A stretch of 64,000 nucleotides of DNA from Phycisphaerae bacterium (GTDB taxonomy: Bacteria; Planctomycetota; Phycisphaerae; FEN-1346; JAACEH01), in contig JAWLHX010000002.1 in the NCBI GenBank assembly GCA_041690105.1, forward strand, positions 25,345 to 89,344, in the 5' to 3' direction. The notes beneath the pieces are model-generated. The model was given only the letters and a program-made list of their open reading frames with translations. It had not been told where the DNA came from and did no database searches. Every line of letters starts with the position of its first letter. Positions within the stretch are counted from its first letter, which is position 1. The position numbers and the translations under genes are program-made. Shown in pieces: positions 17,656 through 27,168 of the stretch.

Positions 17656-18684
17656 TCAGTCCGACATCTCCTGCCCGCCATCATCATCAGCCTGGGCTTC
17701 GGAAGAAGGTGCCGGTTGCGACCAGTCGACCGTCCATGGCTTGCGGCGGCGGAAGGGTTTCTGGAACTTATTTTCCAGCACGCCTCGCGATTCCAGCGAA
17801 ATCATGCAGGCCCGCGTGCAGCCACGTGCTCCGCAAACGGCCTGGCCAGTGTTGTAAAGGTCTCGCGGCTTGTTGTAGAACGGCGAATGGGCCCCGCGTT
17901 TTATCTTTTTGCCGAACATGGGGCTGGTGTATTCCTCGGCCTCCTCGCCCTCTTCCATGGGCATGCCGCCACGGAAGCAGATGTCGCACTGGGCCATGTC
18001 CAGATCGCTCCATTCGACCTCGCGGCCGGCCAGAGTCACCTTGACGGTCTTGTCCTTCTTGATTGCTCCGCCCGGGCAGGCCGCCACGCAGGCCATGCAT
18101 TTGTTGCACAGTTGCGGGCCGTCGTAGATGGGATCGGGCTCCAACTCGGCCTCGGTAATAATGATGCCCACGCGATTGCGGGGACCGTATTTTGGAGTCA
18201 GCAGCATTTTTGAGAAGCCGATTTCGCCCAGGCCGGCCAGGTAGGAGGCAATGCGCAGGTGCACCATGACGTCAGGCGCGGCCCGCCCCGGAGCGACCGG
18301 GCGGCTGAAGTTGGCTCGCTGCTCGCCCTCCTGGCCGATTGATCGCCAGTCGCTCTGGTGGCCGTAGGGAATGGCCTCCAGCCCCTGGTCTTCGATATGG
18401 CGGGCAATGTTGATCACGGCCATTGGCATGTAAAGGTAAGTGATGCCACCGTAGCCCATGGCCGAATAGTTGCTGAAGAAGGTGCCTTCTTCGATGCCGC
18501 GCAGGCTGCCGCGCATGACGCGGAAGGCCATGGCGATTACGCTGCGTGCCTCGGGCATTATTTGCCGCGGGTCCATCTGAATGGGCGAGCCCTCAAAGCG
18601 TTCGATATTGGCAATGCCCACGCAGTCGGCCCCCTGGGCCAGAGCAAACTTTTTAACTTCCGCAGCCGTCAGCATCTTATGCAT
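17656..18684 (-). CDS. Epoxyqueuosine reductase / reductive dehalogenase-like 4Fe-4S protein
   Basis: GADCVGIA, DPRQIMPEARSVI, AGLGEIG, LTPKYGPRNR, CNKCMACVAACP, CDIC...CGARGCTRAC; GGAGG RBS. Confidence 0.8.
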   Translation of the reverse strand: MHKMLTAAEVKKFALAQGADCVGIANIERFEGSPIQMDPRQIMPEARSVIAMAFRVMRGSLRGIEEGTFFSNYSAMGYGGITYLYMPMAVINIARHIEDQGLEAIPYGHQSDWRSIGQEGEQRANFSRPVAPGRAAPDVMVHLRIASYLAGLGEIGFSKMLLTPKYGPRNRVGIIITEAELEPDPIYDGPQLCNKCMACVAACPGGAIKKDKTVKVTLAGREVEWSDLDMAQCDICFRGGMPMEEGEEAEEYTSPMFGKKIKRGAHSPFYNKPRDLYNTGQAVCGARGCTRACMISLESRGVLENKFQKPFRRRKPWTVDWSQPAPSSEAQADDDGGQEMSD

Positions 18685-19046
18685 TCCTCCGCTGATTACG
18701 CTCTCTCCGGATGATCATCCCACCAACTTCCCGCTGGTGCAGCATTGGTTTGCATTATCGCACTTCTCGCTTTTGCGGCAAGGCGAAACTGGCTGATAAT
18801 GGTCGGTTTTGTGCGGTGGAACCTGGGGCCGGAGCCAAGCGGAACGCCGGAAGGCATGGTTCGCAGCAAGGCGCGGCTGGCGGTCTGTCGGGGGGGGGAA
18901 TTCAATTCTTCTCACACCTGCCGGGAATCGTGTTAAATTAACGTTGTCGGCCCCGCTGCGGCTTGTATTCGAGAGGGGCCGACATCTGCCTGACGGAAGG
19001 ACTTGAGCCATGGCTGAAATGATTATGAGGGATGGGGGCGTTTTAC

Positions 19047-20837
19047 ATGGCTGTCACAGTGTACGAAGGCCTGGAAGCCGACAAATTTTTGAAGCGTTCG
19101 ACCACACCTGCCGCCTGGGATGAACTCTTCCGCAGTTGTCCCTGGAGCCACACCTATCAAAGCCGCCAATTCGTTTCCACCTGGTACGATGTTTACCGCC
19201 CGTCTTACGATCCGGTGCTGGTGGCGGACGAGCCGCGCCCGGGCCTTTTGACGGGGCTTATGCCGCTCGCCCGGCACATTGCCACCGGGCAGTTATCGCC
19301 GGCGGGTCCGCAGGATGCCGAATATCAGGGTTGGCTGACCGTGCCCGGGGAAGAGGCCGATTTTCCGCGGCAGGCCCTGGCCGAGGTTACGCGGCGCTAT
19401 CCGCGGCAAACGCTTGTTTTCCGCTATCTGTCGCCGGGTACGCCGGTGGGCTGGCTGTCGGAGGCGGGCCACGGGTTGAACATTGAACTGGAGCCGTGGA
19501 ACCGCCCGCTAATGTGGGTATCGGAAGATTCGGCCGGCCAGTCGCTGCGCAAAAGCTCGAACAAGAGCAGGATGAATCGGCTTGGCCGCCTTGGGCCGCT
19601 CTCCTTCGAGCGAATAGCCCGTTCGGCCGACCTGGCCGCAATCATCGACCAGATTGCAGCCTATGCCGATGTCCGGCACGGGGCGGTGCATGGCACGCTG
19701 CCCTTTGCCAACTACCATTTCAGGCGGGGGTTTCTGCTCAGGCTGCTCGATGCCGGAGTGCTGCATGCCACTGTCTTCAGGGCGGGCGACCTGCTGCTGT
19801 CGGCCCAGTTGAATGTGGTGGCCCCGCGTCAACTGGTTCTGCACATCATCACCCAGATGCCGCTCTATCCGCGCTTGTCGGCCGGCAAACTGCACCTGCT
19901 GCAACTGGTGAGGATGTTGGCGGCAGAGGGCATCGAGAGCTTCGACCTGACCCCCGGCGGCGACGCCTACAAAGATAATGCCGCCGACAGTTATGCTACT
20001 GTACACGTGTTGAAGATTTTCGGCAGTCGCCGACTGCACCGCTCCGACATGCGCCTGAAGGCGGCTGCGGATGTGGTCCGCCAATGCCTGCGGTCCGTCA
20101 GGGTTGAGCCGCGACTGGCCAACGAAGCCTGCAAAAAGCTGATGGCCTACCCCGTCGGACGGTTGCCGCTGGTGGCTCTGAAGCGGGCCGGGTGCTGGAC
20201 GAGGCGGGTCGTCCGCCACCGCATCTACCAGAAGATTATGGATGAGCACGAGCCCGCGGCAGCCCAGCGGCAGGTAAACAGGAATGCAGCGGGCGACCTG
20301 CTGAAGTATCAGCCCTGCGACCAGTGGCCGCGACTGCAGGACTTTTTGAGCCATGCCTGCGAACAATTCCGGCACGACGCACACTGCTATACCATCTGCG
20401 ATAATAACCGGCTGCAGCATTGCGTTTGGGCTGTGGGGCAGTCGGATCGTGTTGGCTCGTCACCTGCCCTGCCCCAACTTGTGCTGCCGGAGGGATCGGC
20501 CTGCCTGTTTGGCCTGCGGACTGTTCGGCAAAAGGGCGGCCCGGAGTTGCTTGGGCAGGTTGTGCGGGAAGCGCTACACGATTTGTGGCATGACGGCTAT
20601 CGAACGGTGCTCGCCGCCGCCGAGGCCGGAGACTCTGCCGCCTGTTCCGCCCTGGAGGAGGAGGGTTTTGAGCAAGTTGAAACCATAACCGAGACCTGTA
20701 CGCTTGGCCGCACCAGCCACCGGCGGTCAAACGTCACGAGCCATTGCTCCCCGGTCGCTCGCAAGGACCATACTGCCGACCCACCCACCGCCAGTGCCGA
20801 GCGATGCAAAACTCCGGCCCGCAGCGAACGGGTATAG
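19047..20837 (+). CDS. GNAT acetyltransferase (CelD/BcsL-like) with a second GNAT-like C-terminal domain
   Basis: TYQSRQF..TW, GLMPL, SAGKLHL, FDLTPGGDAYK; C-terminal ALEEEGFEQV. Confidence 0.7.
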   Translation: MAVTVYEGLEADKFLKRSTTPAAWDELFRSCPWSHTYQSRQFVSTWYDVYRPSYDPVLVADEPRPGLLTGLMPLARHIATGQLSPAGPQDAEYQGWLTVPGEEADFPRQALAEVTRRYPRQTLVFRYLSPGTPVGWLSEAGHGLNIELEPWNRPLMWVSEDSAGQSLRKSSNKSRMNRLGRLGPLSFERIARSADLAAIIDQIAAYADVRHGAVHGTLPFANYHFRRGFLLRLLDAGVLHATVFRAGDLLLSAQLNVVAPRQLVLHIITQMPLYPRLSAGKLHLLQLVRMLAAEGIESFDLTPGGDAYKDNAADSYATVHVLKIFGSRRLHRSDMRLKAAADVVRQCLRSVRVEPRLANEACKKLMAYPVGRLPLVALKRAGCWTRRVVRHRIYQKIMDEHEPAAAQRQVNRNAAGDLLKYQPCDQWPRLQDFLSHACEQFRHDAHCYTICDNNRLQHCVWAVGQSDRVGSSPALPQLVLPEGSACLFGLRTVRQKGGPELLGQVVREALHDLWHDGYRTVLAAAEAGDSAACSALEEEGFEQVETITETCTLGRTSHRRSNVTSHCSPVARKDHTADPPTASAERCKTPARSERV

Positions 20838-21081
20838 CGGAATCGCCCCGCGGCAACGCGGCCAGGGGCCAGGAACCCCAAGCGCCGGCGCGACGGCATG
20901 GCCTGAGCAGCAGAATTGCCCCGTCGGCCTAAGGTCTCGCCCGGAAATTTCATAATTCGAACCCTGATTAATGATAGCCGCGAAGTTCGTGCGTGATTTA
21001 CTGGAAAGCGCAGCGATTTCATGATATACCTTTGCAACTTTTGGCTGAGACCCCGGGAACCAGCATGTAAGGAAGAAAAAA

Positions 21082-24000
21082 ATGCCGCCACGCAAGGACA
21101 TCAAGAAGGTAATGATTATCGGTTCTGGTCCGATTGTTATCGGCCAGGCCGCGGAGTTCGACTACTCCGGCACGCAGGCCTGCAAGGCCCTGAGGTCGAT
21201 GGGTTATGAAATCGTGCTGGTAAACAGCAATCCGGCCACCATCATGACCGACCCCGGCATGGCCGAGGTTACTTACATCGAGCCGCTTAACGCCGACGTG
21301 CTGACGGAAATTATCGCCCGCGAACGTCCTGACGCCCTTTTGCCCAACCTGGGCGGACAGACTGGTCTGAATCTGTCGGAAGAATTGAGCAAGCGCGGCG
21401 TGCTGGAACAGTACGGCGTGGAGATGATAGGCGTTGTGGCCGATGCCATCGAGCGGGGCGAAGACCGCGAAGCCTTCAAGCGTACGATGAGCGAACTCGG
21501 TATCGAAGTGGCCCGCAGCGAGACTGTTACCTCGGTTGAAGAGGCCGAACGAGTGGCATCGGAACTCGGTTATCCGGTGGTTGTCCGCCCGGCCTACACC
21601 ATGGGCGGCACCGGCGGCGGCCTGGCCTACAACGTGGAAGAGTTGCAGACCATCGCCAGCCGCGGCATTGCCGTGAGCCTGGTGGGTCAGGTGCTGATAG
21701 AAGAGAGCGTGCTGGGCTGGGAAGAGCTGGAGTTGGAGATTGTCCGCGACAATAAGAACCAGCTGATTACCGTCTGCTTTATCGAGAACGTGGACGCCAT
21801 GGGCGTGCACACCGGCGACTCCTTCTGCACAGCTCCGATGATGACAATATCGCAGGAGTTGCAGGACCGGCTGCAGGATTATGCCCACCGCATAGTCAGC
21901 GCCATCAAGGTTATTGGCGGCACCAACGTGCAGTTTGCCCACGACCCGAAGACCGGCCGCGTGGTGGTCATCGAGATTAATCCGCGGACCAGTCGCAGCT
22001 CGGCCCTGGCCTCCAAGGCTACGGGCTTCCCCATCGCCCTGATATCGGCCAAGCTGGCCGGCGGCATTACGCTTGACGAGATACCGTACTGGCGCGACGG
22101 AACGCTGGAGAAGTACACCCCGAGCGGAGATTACGTGGTGGTCAAATTTGCCCGCTGGGCCTTCGAGAAGTTCAAGGGCTCGCAGGATAAGCTTGGCACG
22201 CAGATGAAGGCTGTGGGCGAAGTGATGTCCATCGGCAAGAACTACAAGGAGGCCTTCCAGAAGGCTATTCGCTCGCTGGAGACGGGCCGGTATGGGTTGG
22301 GCTTCATCAAGGACTTCAACAGCCTGTCGCTGGACGAGTTGATGGAGCGGCTGAGCGAAGCCACGAGCGAGCGCCAGTTCCTGATGTACGAGGCCCTGCG
22401 CAAGGGGGCAACGGTCGAACAACTGCACGAGAAGACGCACATCAAGCAGTGGTTCATCGAACAGATGAGGGAACTGGTTGAGCTTGAGGAAAAGATTCTG
22501 AAGCACAAGGGCCTGATGCTGCCCGACGAGTTGCTCCGGCAGGCCAAACGCGACGGTTTTGCCGACCGCTACCTGGCCCGGATTCTGGGCATCAGCGAAA
22601 CGAGCATTCGCCAGCGCCGCAAGGCCCAGGGCATCGACCAGGGCTGGCATGCGGTACAGGTGAGCGGAGTTGAAGACGCGGCCTACTATTACTCGAGCTA
22701 CAACGCGGCCGACACCTCGCCGCCGGCCAGCGAGAGGCAGAAGATCATGGTGCTGGGCGGCGGGCCCAACCGTATTGGCCAGGGCATCGAGTTTGACTAT
22801 TGCTGCGTGCATGCGGCCTTTGCCCTGCGCGATCTTGGTTATGAGTCGATCATGATCAACTGCAATCCTGAGACGGTCTCGACCGACTACGATACGTCGG
22901 ACAAGCTGTATTTTGAGCCGCTGACGGCCGAGGACGTGCTCAGCATCTATGAGAAGGAGAAGCCGCTGGGCGTGGTCGTGCAGTTTGGCGGGCAGACGCC
23001 GCTGAACATTGCCAGCGAACTGGCCGACAATGGCGTGAAGATTCTGGGCACCTCGGTCGATGTCATTGACCTGGCTGAGGATCGCGACCGTTTCCGCCAG
23101 ATGATGGACAAGATGGGCGTGCCGATGCCGGCTTCGGGCATGGCCAGCAACATGGACCAGGGGCTGGAGATTGCCTCGCGGATCGGCTATCCGGTCATGG
23201 TCCGGCCGAGCTACGTGCTGGGCGGCCGCGGCATGGAGGTGGTGCACAGCGAAGCCATGTTGCGCGAGTACATCAACAAGGCGGTGGATGTGACGCCCGA
23301 CCGGCCCATCCTGATTGACAAGTATTTGGAGAATGCCATCGAGTGCGAGGCCGACGCCCTGGCCGACGGCACCGACGCCTTTGTGCCGGCCGTGATGGAA
23401 CACGTTGAGCTTGCCGGCGTGCACTCGGGCGACTCGGCCTGCGTAATTCCGCCGGTCAGCATTCCGCAGAAGCACCTCGACACCATCTACGATTATACCC
23501 GCCGCATTGCCCGCGAACTGGGCGTGGTGGGCCTGATGAACATGCAGTATGCCATCCACCAGGACATTGTTTATGTGCTGGAGGCCAACCCCCGGGCCTC
23601 GCGCACGGTGCCGCTGGTATCGAAGGTGTGCGGCCTTCCGATGGCTCATATGGCCACCGAGATGATGATGGGCAAGAAGCTGTCGGATCTGGATATTCGC
23701 CCGCGCCAGTTCGCCCACTTCGGTGTGAAGGAATCGGTCTTCCCGTTCAACATGTTCCCGGAGGTCGACCCGGTGCTTGGGCCGGAGATGCGTTCGACGG
23801 GCGAGGTGCTGGGCATGGGTACATCGTACGGCCTGGCGTTCTTTAAATCGCAGGAAGCTGCCAAGCAGACGCTGCCCACCGAGGGGACGGTGCTGATTAC
23901 CGTTTCGGAATCGGACCGTCCGGACGTTCTGGAAGTTGCCCGCAGCCTCTCGGAGATGGGCTTCCGTCTGCTGGCCACACGCGGCACGAACGCTTTTCTG

Positions 24001-24288
24001 GCCGAACACGGCATCAAGAGCGAAGTCGTCAACAAGGTGTATGAAGGCCGGCCGAACATTGTCGACCTGATCAAGAACCGCGAGGTCAACCTGGTGATCA
24101 ATACGCCCATAGGCCGGGCCGGACTGAGCGACGACTCGTATATCCGCAAGACGGCTATCCGCTATGGTATTCCGTACATTACGACCATGGCCGCCGCCGT
24201 TGCCGCAGCCAAGGGCATTGCAGCCATCAAACAGGGTCGCAGCACAGTCTGCAGCCTGCAGGAATACCACAAGGGCATTCATCAGTAG
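21082..24288 (+). CDS. carB: Carbamoyl-phosphate synthase large subunit
   Basis: IIGSGPIVIGQAAEFDYSGTQACKAL, duplicated LGGGPNRIGQGIEFDYCC, EANPRASRT, C-terminal MGS domain; 1068 aa. Confidence 0.99.
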   Translation: MPPRKDIKKVMIIGSGPIVIGQAAEFDYSGTQACKALRSMGYEIVLVNSNPATIMTDPGMAEVTYIEPLNADVLTEIIARERPDALLPNLGGQTGLNLSEELSKRGVLEQYGVEMIGVVADAIERGEDREAFKRTMSELGIEVARSETVTSVEEAERVASELGYPVVVRPAYTMGGTGGGLAYNVEELQTIASRGIAVSLVGQVLIEESVLGWEELELEIVRDNKNQLITVCFIENVDAMGVHTGDSFCTAPMMTISQELQDRLQDYAHRIVSAIKVIGGTNVQFAHDPKTGRVVVIEINPRTSRSSALASKATGFPIALISAKLAGGITLDEIPYWRDGTLEKYTPSGDYVVVKFARWAFEKFKGSQDKLGTQMKAVGEVMSIGKNYKEAFQKAIRSLETGRYGLGFIKDFNSLSLDELMERLSEATSERQFLMYEALRKGATVEQLHEKTHIKQWFIEQMRELVELEEKILKHKGLMLPDELLRQAKRDGFADRYLARILGISETSIRQRRKAQGIDQGWHAVQVSGVEDAAYYYSSYNAADTSPPASERQKIMVLGGGPNRIGQGIEFDYCCVHAAFALRDLGYESIMINCNPETVSTDYDTSDKLYFEPLTAEDVLSIYEKEKPLGVVVQFGGQTPLNIASELADNGVKILGTSVDVIDLAEDRDRFRQMMDKMGVPMPASGMASNMDQGLEIASRIGYPVMVRPSYVLGGRGMEVVHSEAMLREYINKAVDVTPDRPILIDKYLENAIECEADALADGTDAFVPAVMEHVELAGVHSGDSACVIPPVSIPQKHLDTIYDYTRRIARELGVVGLMNMQYAIHQDIVYVLEANPRASRTVPLVSKVCGLPMAHMATEMMMGKKLSDLDIRPRQFAHFGVKESVFPFNMFPEVDPVLGPEMRSTGEVLGMGTSYGLAFFKSQEAAKQTLPTEGTVLITVSESDRPDVLEVARSLSEMGFRLLATRGTNAFLAEHGIKSEVVNKVYEGRPNIVDLIKNREVNLVINTPIGRAGLSDDSYIRKTAIRYGIPYITTMAAAVAAAKGIAAIKQGRSTVCSLQEYHKGIHQ

Positions 24289-24344
24289 AAGGACTTCGCC
24301 GGAGCGGGCGGTTTAAGTGGCACGTTCCGGCGCGGCTTCTTCAC

Positions 24345-24556
24345 CCGTGGCACGGCCATCCTGGCCGTGAGTGCCGGGGGGCATCTTGCCCCTCGGCCGT
24401 TTTTGTTGCCGTTGCTGTTGCGCTGCCGTAGCTTTTCTGTATTCGGATCCGTGGTCTGCCTAATGCCATGGTCTGACTCAAATCACGATGACGCAAATTC
24501 CGTTCAACCAATAACCACGCAATGCCAGAAGGTGCCGGTCAGGACGCCCGTGCCAC
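24345..24556. repeat. REP doublet family D, copy 1 (main arm 24345-24398, degenerate inverted partner 24534-24556)
   Basis: ccgtggcacggccatcctggccgtgagtgcc(g)6catcttgcccctcggcc; near-identical to 35379-35434. Confidence 0.85.
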
Positions 24557-24739
24557 TGCTGGGCACTTTCTTATGGCGACTGTTCCAGTCGGACGGAAGC
24601 TGAATTATAGTTAAAAGCGAGGCAAGAGAAGATGCCCGGAGCCCGGCGGGCTCTGGTGCTTCGTATAGCAGGATGAGAAGGTGCTGCTGCGCGCGGGGCT
24701 GATAAAGCAAGACGGTTAACAATCCCAGGGAAAATTGGC

Positions 24740-26161
24740 GTGTTATTTAACAGCTACATATTCTGGGCCTTCTTCGCCATCGTCATTCTCATCTACAGCC
24801 GGGCCAGGCACCGCTGGCAGAACATCATTCTGCTGGCGGCCAGTTATATTTTTTACGGCTGGTGGGACTGGCGGTTTCTGTCGCTGGTAGCAGCCTCCAC
24901 CATGATCGATTTCGCCTGCACCCGGCTTATGGCCGCACCTGGAGCGACGGCCGCAAGGCGTAAGAGCCTGCTGGTTGTCTCGATCGTCAGCAACCTGGCC
25001 TTTCTGGGCTTCTTCAAGTACTTCAACTTTTTCGCCGGTGAGCTGGCCGGTATTCTGTCGACTCTTGGTTTCCAGGCCAACCTGCCGGCCCTGCAGATAA
25101 TTCTGCCGGTCGGCATTTCGTTCTATACCTTCCAGACCATGAGCTACTCCATCGACGTATACAAGGGCCGGGCCCAGCCAGTGCGGCGCTTTTTGGATTT
25201 CGCCCTGTACGTGGCCTTTTTTCCTCAACTGGTGGCCGGCCCCATCGAACGATTCAACCGTCTGATGCCGCAGATAGAGAACCCGCGGGTGCACCGCCAG
25301 GGCGACTTTGCCGAGGGCTTGTACCACATATTGCTGGGACTTTTTAAGAAGGTTGTCATTGCCGACAATATGGCCACAATCACCAACGCCGTTTTTGCGG
25401 CCGGACCGGGCCAGGCCACCGGGGCCGACATGCTGCTGGCCATCTACGCCTTCGCCTTCCAGATTTACGGCGACTTCTCGGGCTATTCATCCATGGCCCA
25501 AGGCCTTGCAAAATGGCTTGGCTTCGACCTGATCTACAACTTCAAAATGCCCTACTTCGCAGTTTCGCCGAGCGACTTCTGGACTCGCTGGCACATCAGC
25601 CTTTCGGCCTGGCTCCGCGACTACCTCTATATTCCCCTTGGCGGCAACCGCAAGGGCTCGCTGAACACGTATCGTAACCTGATGCTGACCATGCTGCTGG
25701 GCGGGTTGTGGCACGGGGCCAGTTGGACTTTTGTGGCCTGGGGGGCGTACCAGGGGGCCATACTGATAATTTACCGCTTGCTGGAACAGGCAAAAAAGTC
25801 GACCAGGGAGGTTGTTACCACCTGGCCGCGTAAAGTGGTGGCCGGGGTTGTCATGTTTCACTTGACCTGCATTGGCTGGCTGCTCTTCAGGGCCGACAAC
25901 CTGGGCCAGGCCTGGCTGATGCTGAGGGGCATTGCCACCGACTTCCGCTTCTCGGAGTTCTCGGCCTATGCCCTCGGCAGCATCGTATTTTTCGTCGGTC
26001 CGCTGCTTTTGCTGGAATACTGGATTCATCGCCGCGATGACATGATTGCTCTGCTGCGGGTTCGCTGGCAGGCACGTGCTGCGGCTTATTCTTACTTTGT
26101 GTTCATGCTCTGGTTTTTTGCTCCGGAGGTCAGTAATGAGTTCATCTACTTCCAGTTCTAG
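24740..26161 (+). CDS. MBOAT family O-acyltransferase (AlgI/DltB/PatA-like)
   Basis: MLFNS, ILPVGISFYTFQ, FFPQLVAGPIER, FWTRWHISLS.WLRDYLYIPLGG, GLWHGA, FIYFQF. Confidence 0.95.
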   Translation: MLFNSYIFWAFFAIVILIYSRARHRWQNIILLAASYIFYGWWDWRFLSLVAASTMIDFACTRLMAAPGATAARRKSLLVVSIVSNLAFLGFFKYFNFFAGELAGILSTLGFQANLPALQIILPVGISFYTFQTMSYSIDVYKGRAQPVRRFLDFALYVAFFPQLVAGPIERFNRLMPQIENPRVHRQGDFAEGLYHILLGLFKKVVIADNMATITNAVFAAGPGQATGADMLLAIYAFAFQIYGDFSGYSSMAQGLAKWLGFDLIYNFKMPYFAVSPSDFWTRWHISLSAWLRDYLYIPLGGNRKGSLNTYRNLMLTMLLGGLWHGASWTFVAWGAYQGAILIIYRLLEQAKKSTREVVTTWPRKVVAGVVMFHLTCIGWLLFRADNLGQAWLMLRGIATDFRFSEFSAYALGSIVFFVGPLLLLEYWIHRRDDMIALLRVRWQARAAAYSYFVFMLWFFAPEVSNEFIYFQF

Positions 26162-27113
26162 GCCAACGCTGCGGCAGGAACTGAAGGTTCTGGCGGTTGT
26201 GGCCTGCATGCTCATGGGGGTCGAGCTACTCATGCGCAGGATCGAGAGCCGCGTCTCGGCCGAATACGCCACCATTTCGTCCTTTGCCGAGCGTGCCGAG
26301 CGGCTGGCCTCGTCGCAGTCGCCACGGATTCTGGTCATAGGCGATTCTCTGGCCGAGGACGGGTTCAGGGCCGATGTTTTCAGCCGCCAGATTGAGCAGT
26401 TGGGCCACCAGGTGAGTGTGGACGCCTTCACGCTGCCCGGGTCGGAGATGTCGGAGTGGTATTGGTTGTTCAGGTCGTACTTTGCCGATGCCCAGCACCG
26501 CCCTGACATGGTGTTTCTCTGCTCGTCCGATTTTGTGGACTACCCGACGGTGGGCATTGGTCGCCTGGCCACCTTGACCCGCAGAAGCAATCACAGCGAA
26601 CTGCTCCTGTCCGATATTCCGGACTTTTGCGACAGGGCCAAGTTTTTGAAAAGTTCCGCCTTCCGCTCGTTCGCCGGACGCGACCGAATACAGAAGTCGA
26701 TCCTCAGCGCCATTATCCCCAATTATCAGGAAGGCCGCACCTGGCAGCACAACATGCTCCGGCAAGCCTCGGAGGCAACTGAGTACTCCGAAGCCGACAA
26801 TGACCTGGCCCAGGAGCAAAGTTACAGCCGACTGCACAGGTTTCTGGATTTGGCCGACGAGCACAACGTGGCCGTGGCCATCGTGCTGATGCCGATGGCT
26901 TACAAGTATGACGTGGATGAATCTCTAGTCAAGCAACTGTGCGCCCGCCAGGTGCCACTGGTTGATTGCCGCTGGGTGGAGGAGATTACCCCAGCCTCGT
27001 TTTATGACGGTGTTCATCTGAGCAGTGAAGGAGCCCGCACTTTTTCGGGCCACTTTGCCGGGCGTGTGGTCCGCCAGTTCCTGAGCGACAGGGAACCGGC
27101 CCCAACTTTCTGA
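26136..27113 (+). CDS. SGNH-like partner of the MBOAT (AlgJ/DltD/PatB-like)
   Basis: 26-nt overlap with the MBOAT end, GGAGGT RBS, N-terminal TM anchor, IGDS and DGVH motifs. Confidence 0.8.
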   Translation: MSSSTSSSRPTLRQELKVLAVVACMLMGVELLMRRIESRVSAEYATISSFAERAERLASSQSPRILVIGDSLAEDGFRADVFSRQIEQLGHQVSVDAFTLPGSEMSEWYWLFRSYFADAQHRPDMVFLCSSDFVDYPTVGIGRLATLTRRSNHSELLLSDIPDFCDRAKFLKSSAFRSFAGRDRIQKSILSAIIPNYQEGRTWQHNMLRQASEATEYSEADNDLAQEQSYSRLHRFLDLADEHNVAVAIVLMPMAYKYDVDESLVKQLCARQVPLVDCRWVEEITPASFYDGVHLSSEGARTFSGHFAGRVVRQFLSDREPAPTF

Positions 27114-27168
27114 TCCAATTCTATCAGCCCTTGCAGACCAGGCGGTTTGAGACAATAATACTGTCTCG

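Noticed and set aside
17656-18684. Calling this gene queG or a respiratory rdhA
   Set aside because: No queuosine gene context, no Tat signal and no rdhB; only superfamily-level support.
18685-19046. Possible cobalamin or glutamine riboswitch upstream of the QueG-like or GNAT gene
   Set aside because: I could not find the conserved core motifs by eye on either strand; an Rfam scan would be decisive.
21019-24282. 1087-aa antisense ORF over carB, and similar long shadows (16186-18213, 27469-28992, 33088-34668, 35885-37492, 43286-45727)
   Set aside because: They lie antisense to well-supported genes, have no recognisable motifs, and are expected from codon bias in GC-rich DNA.
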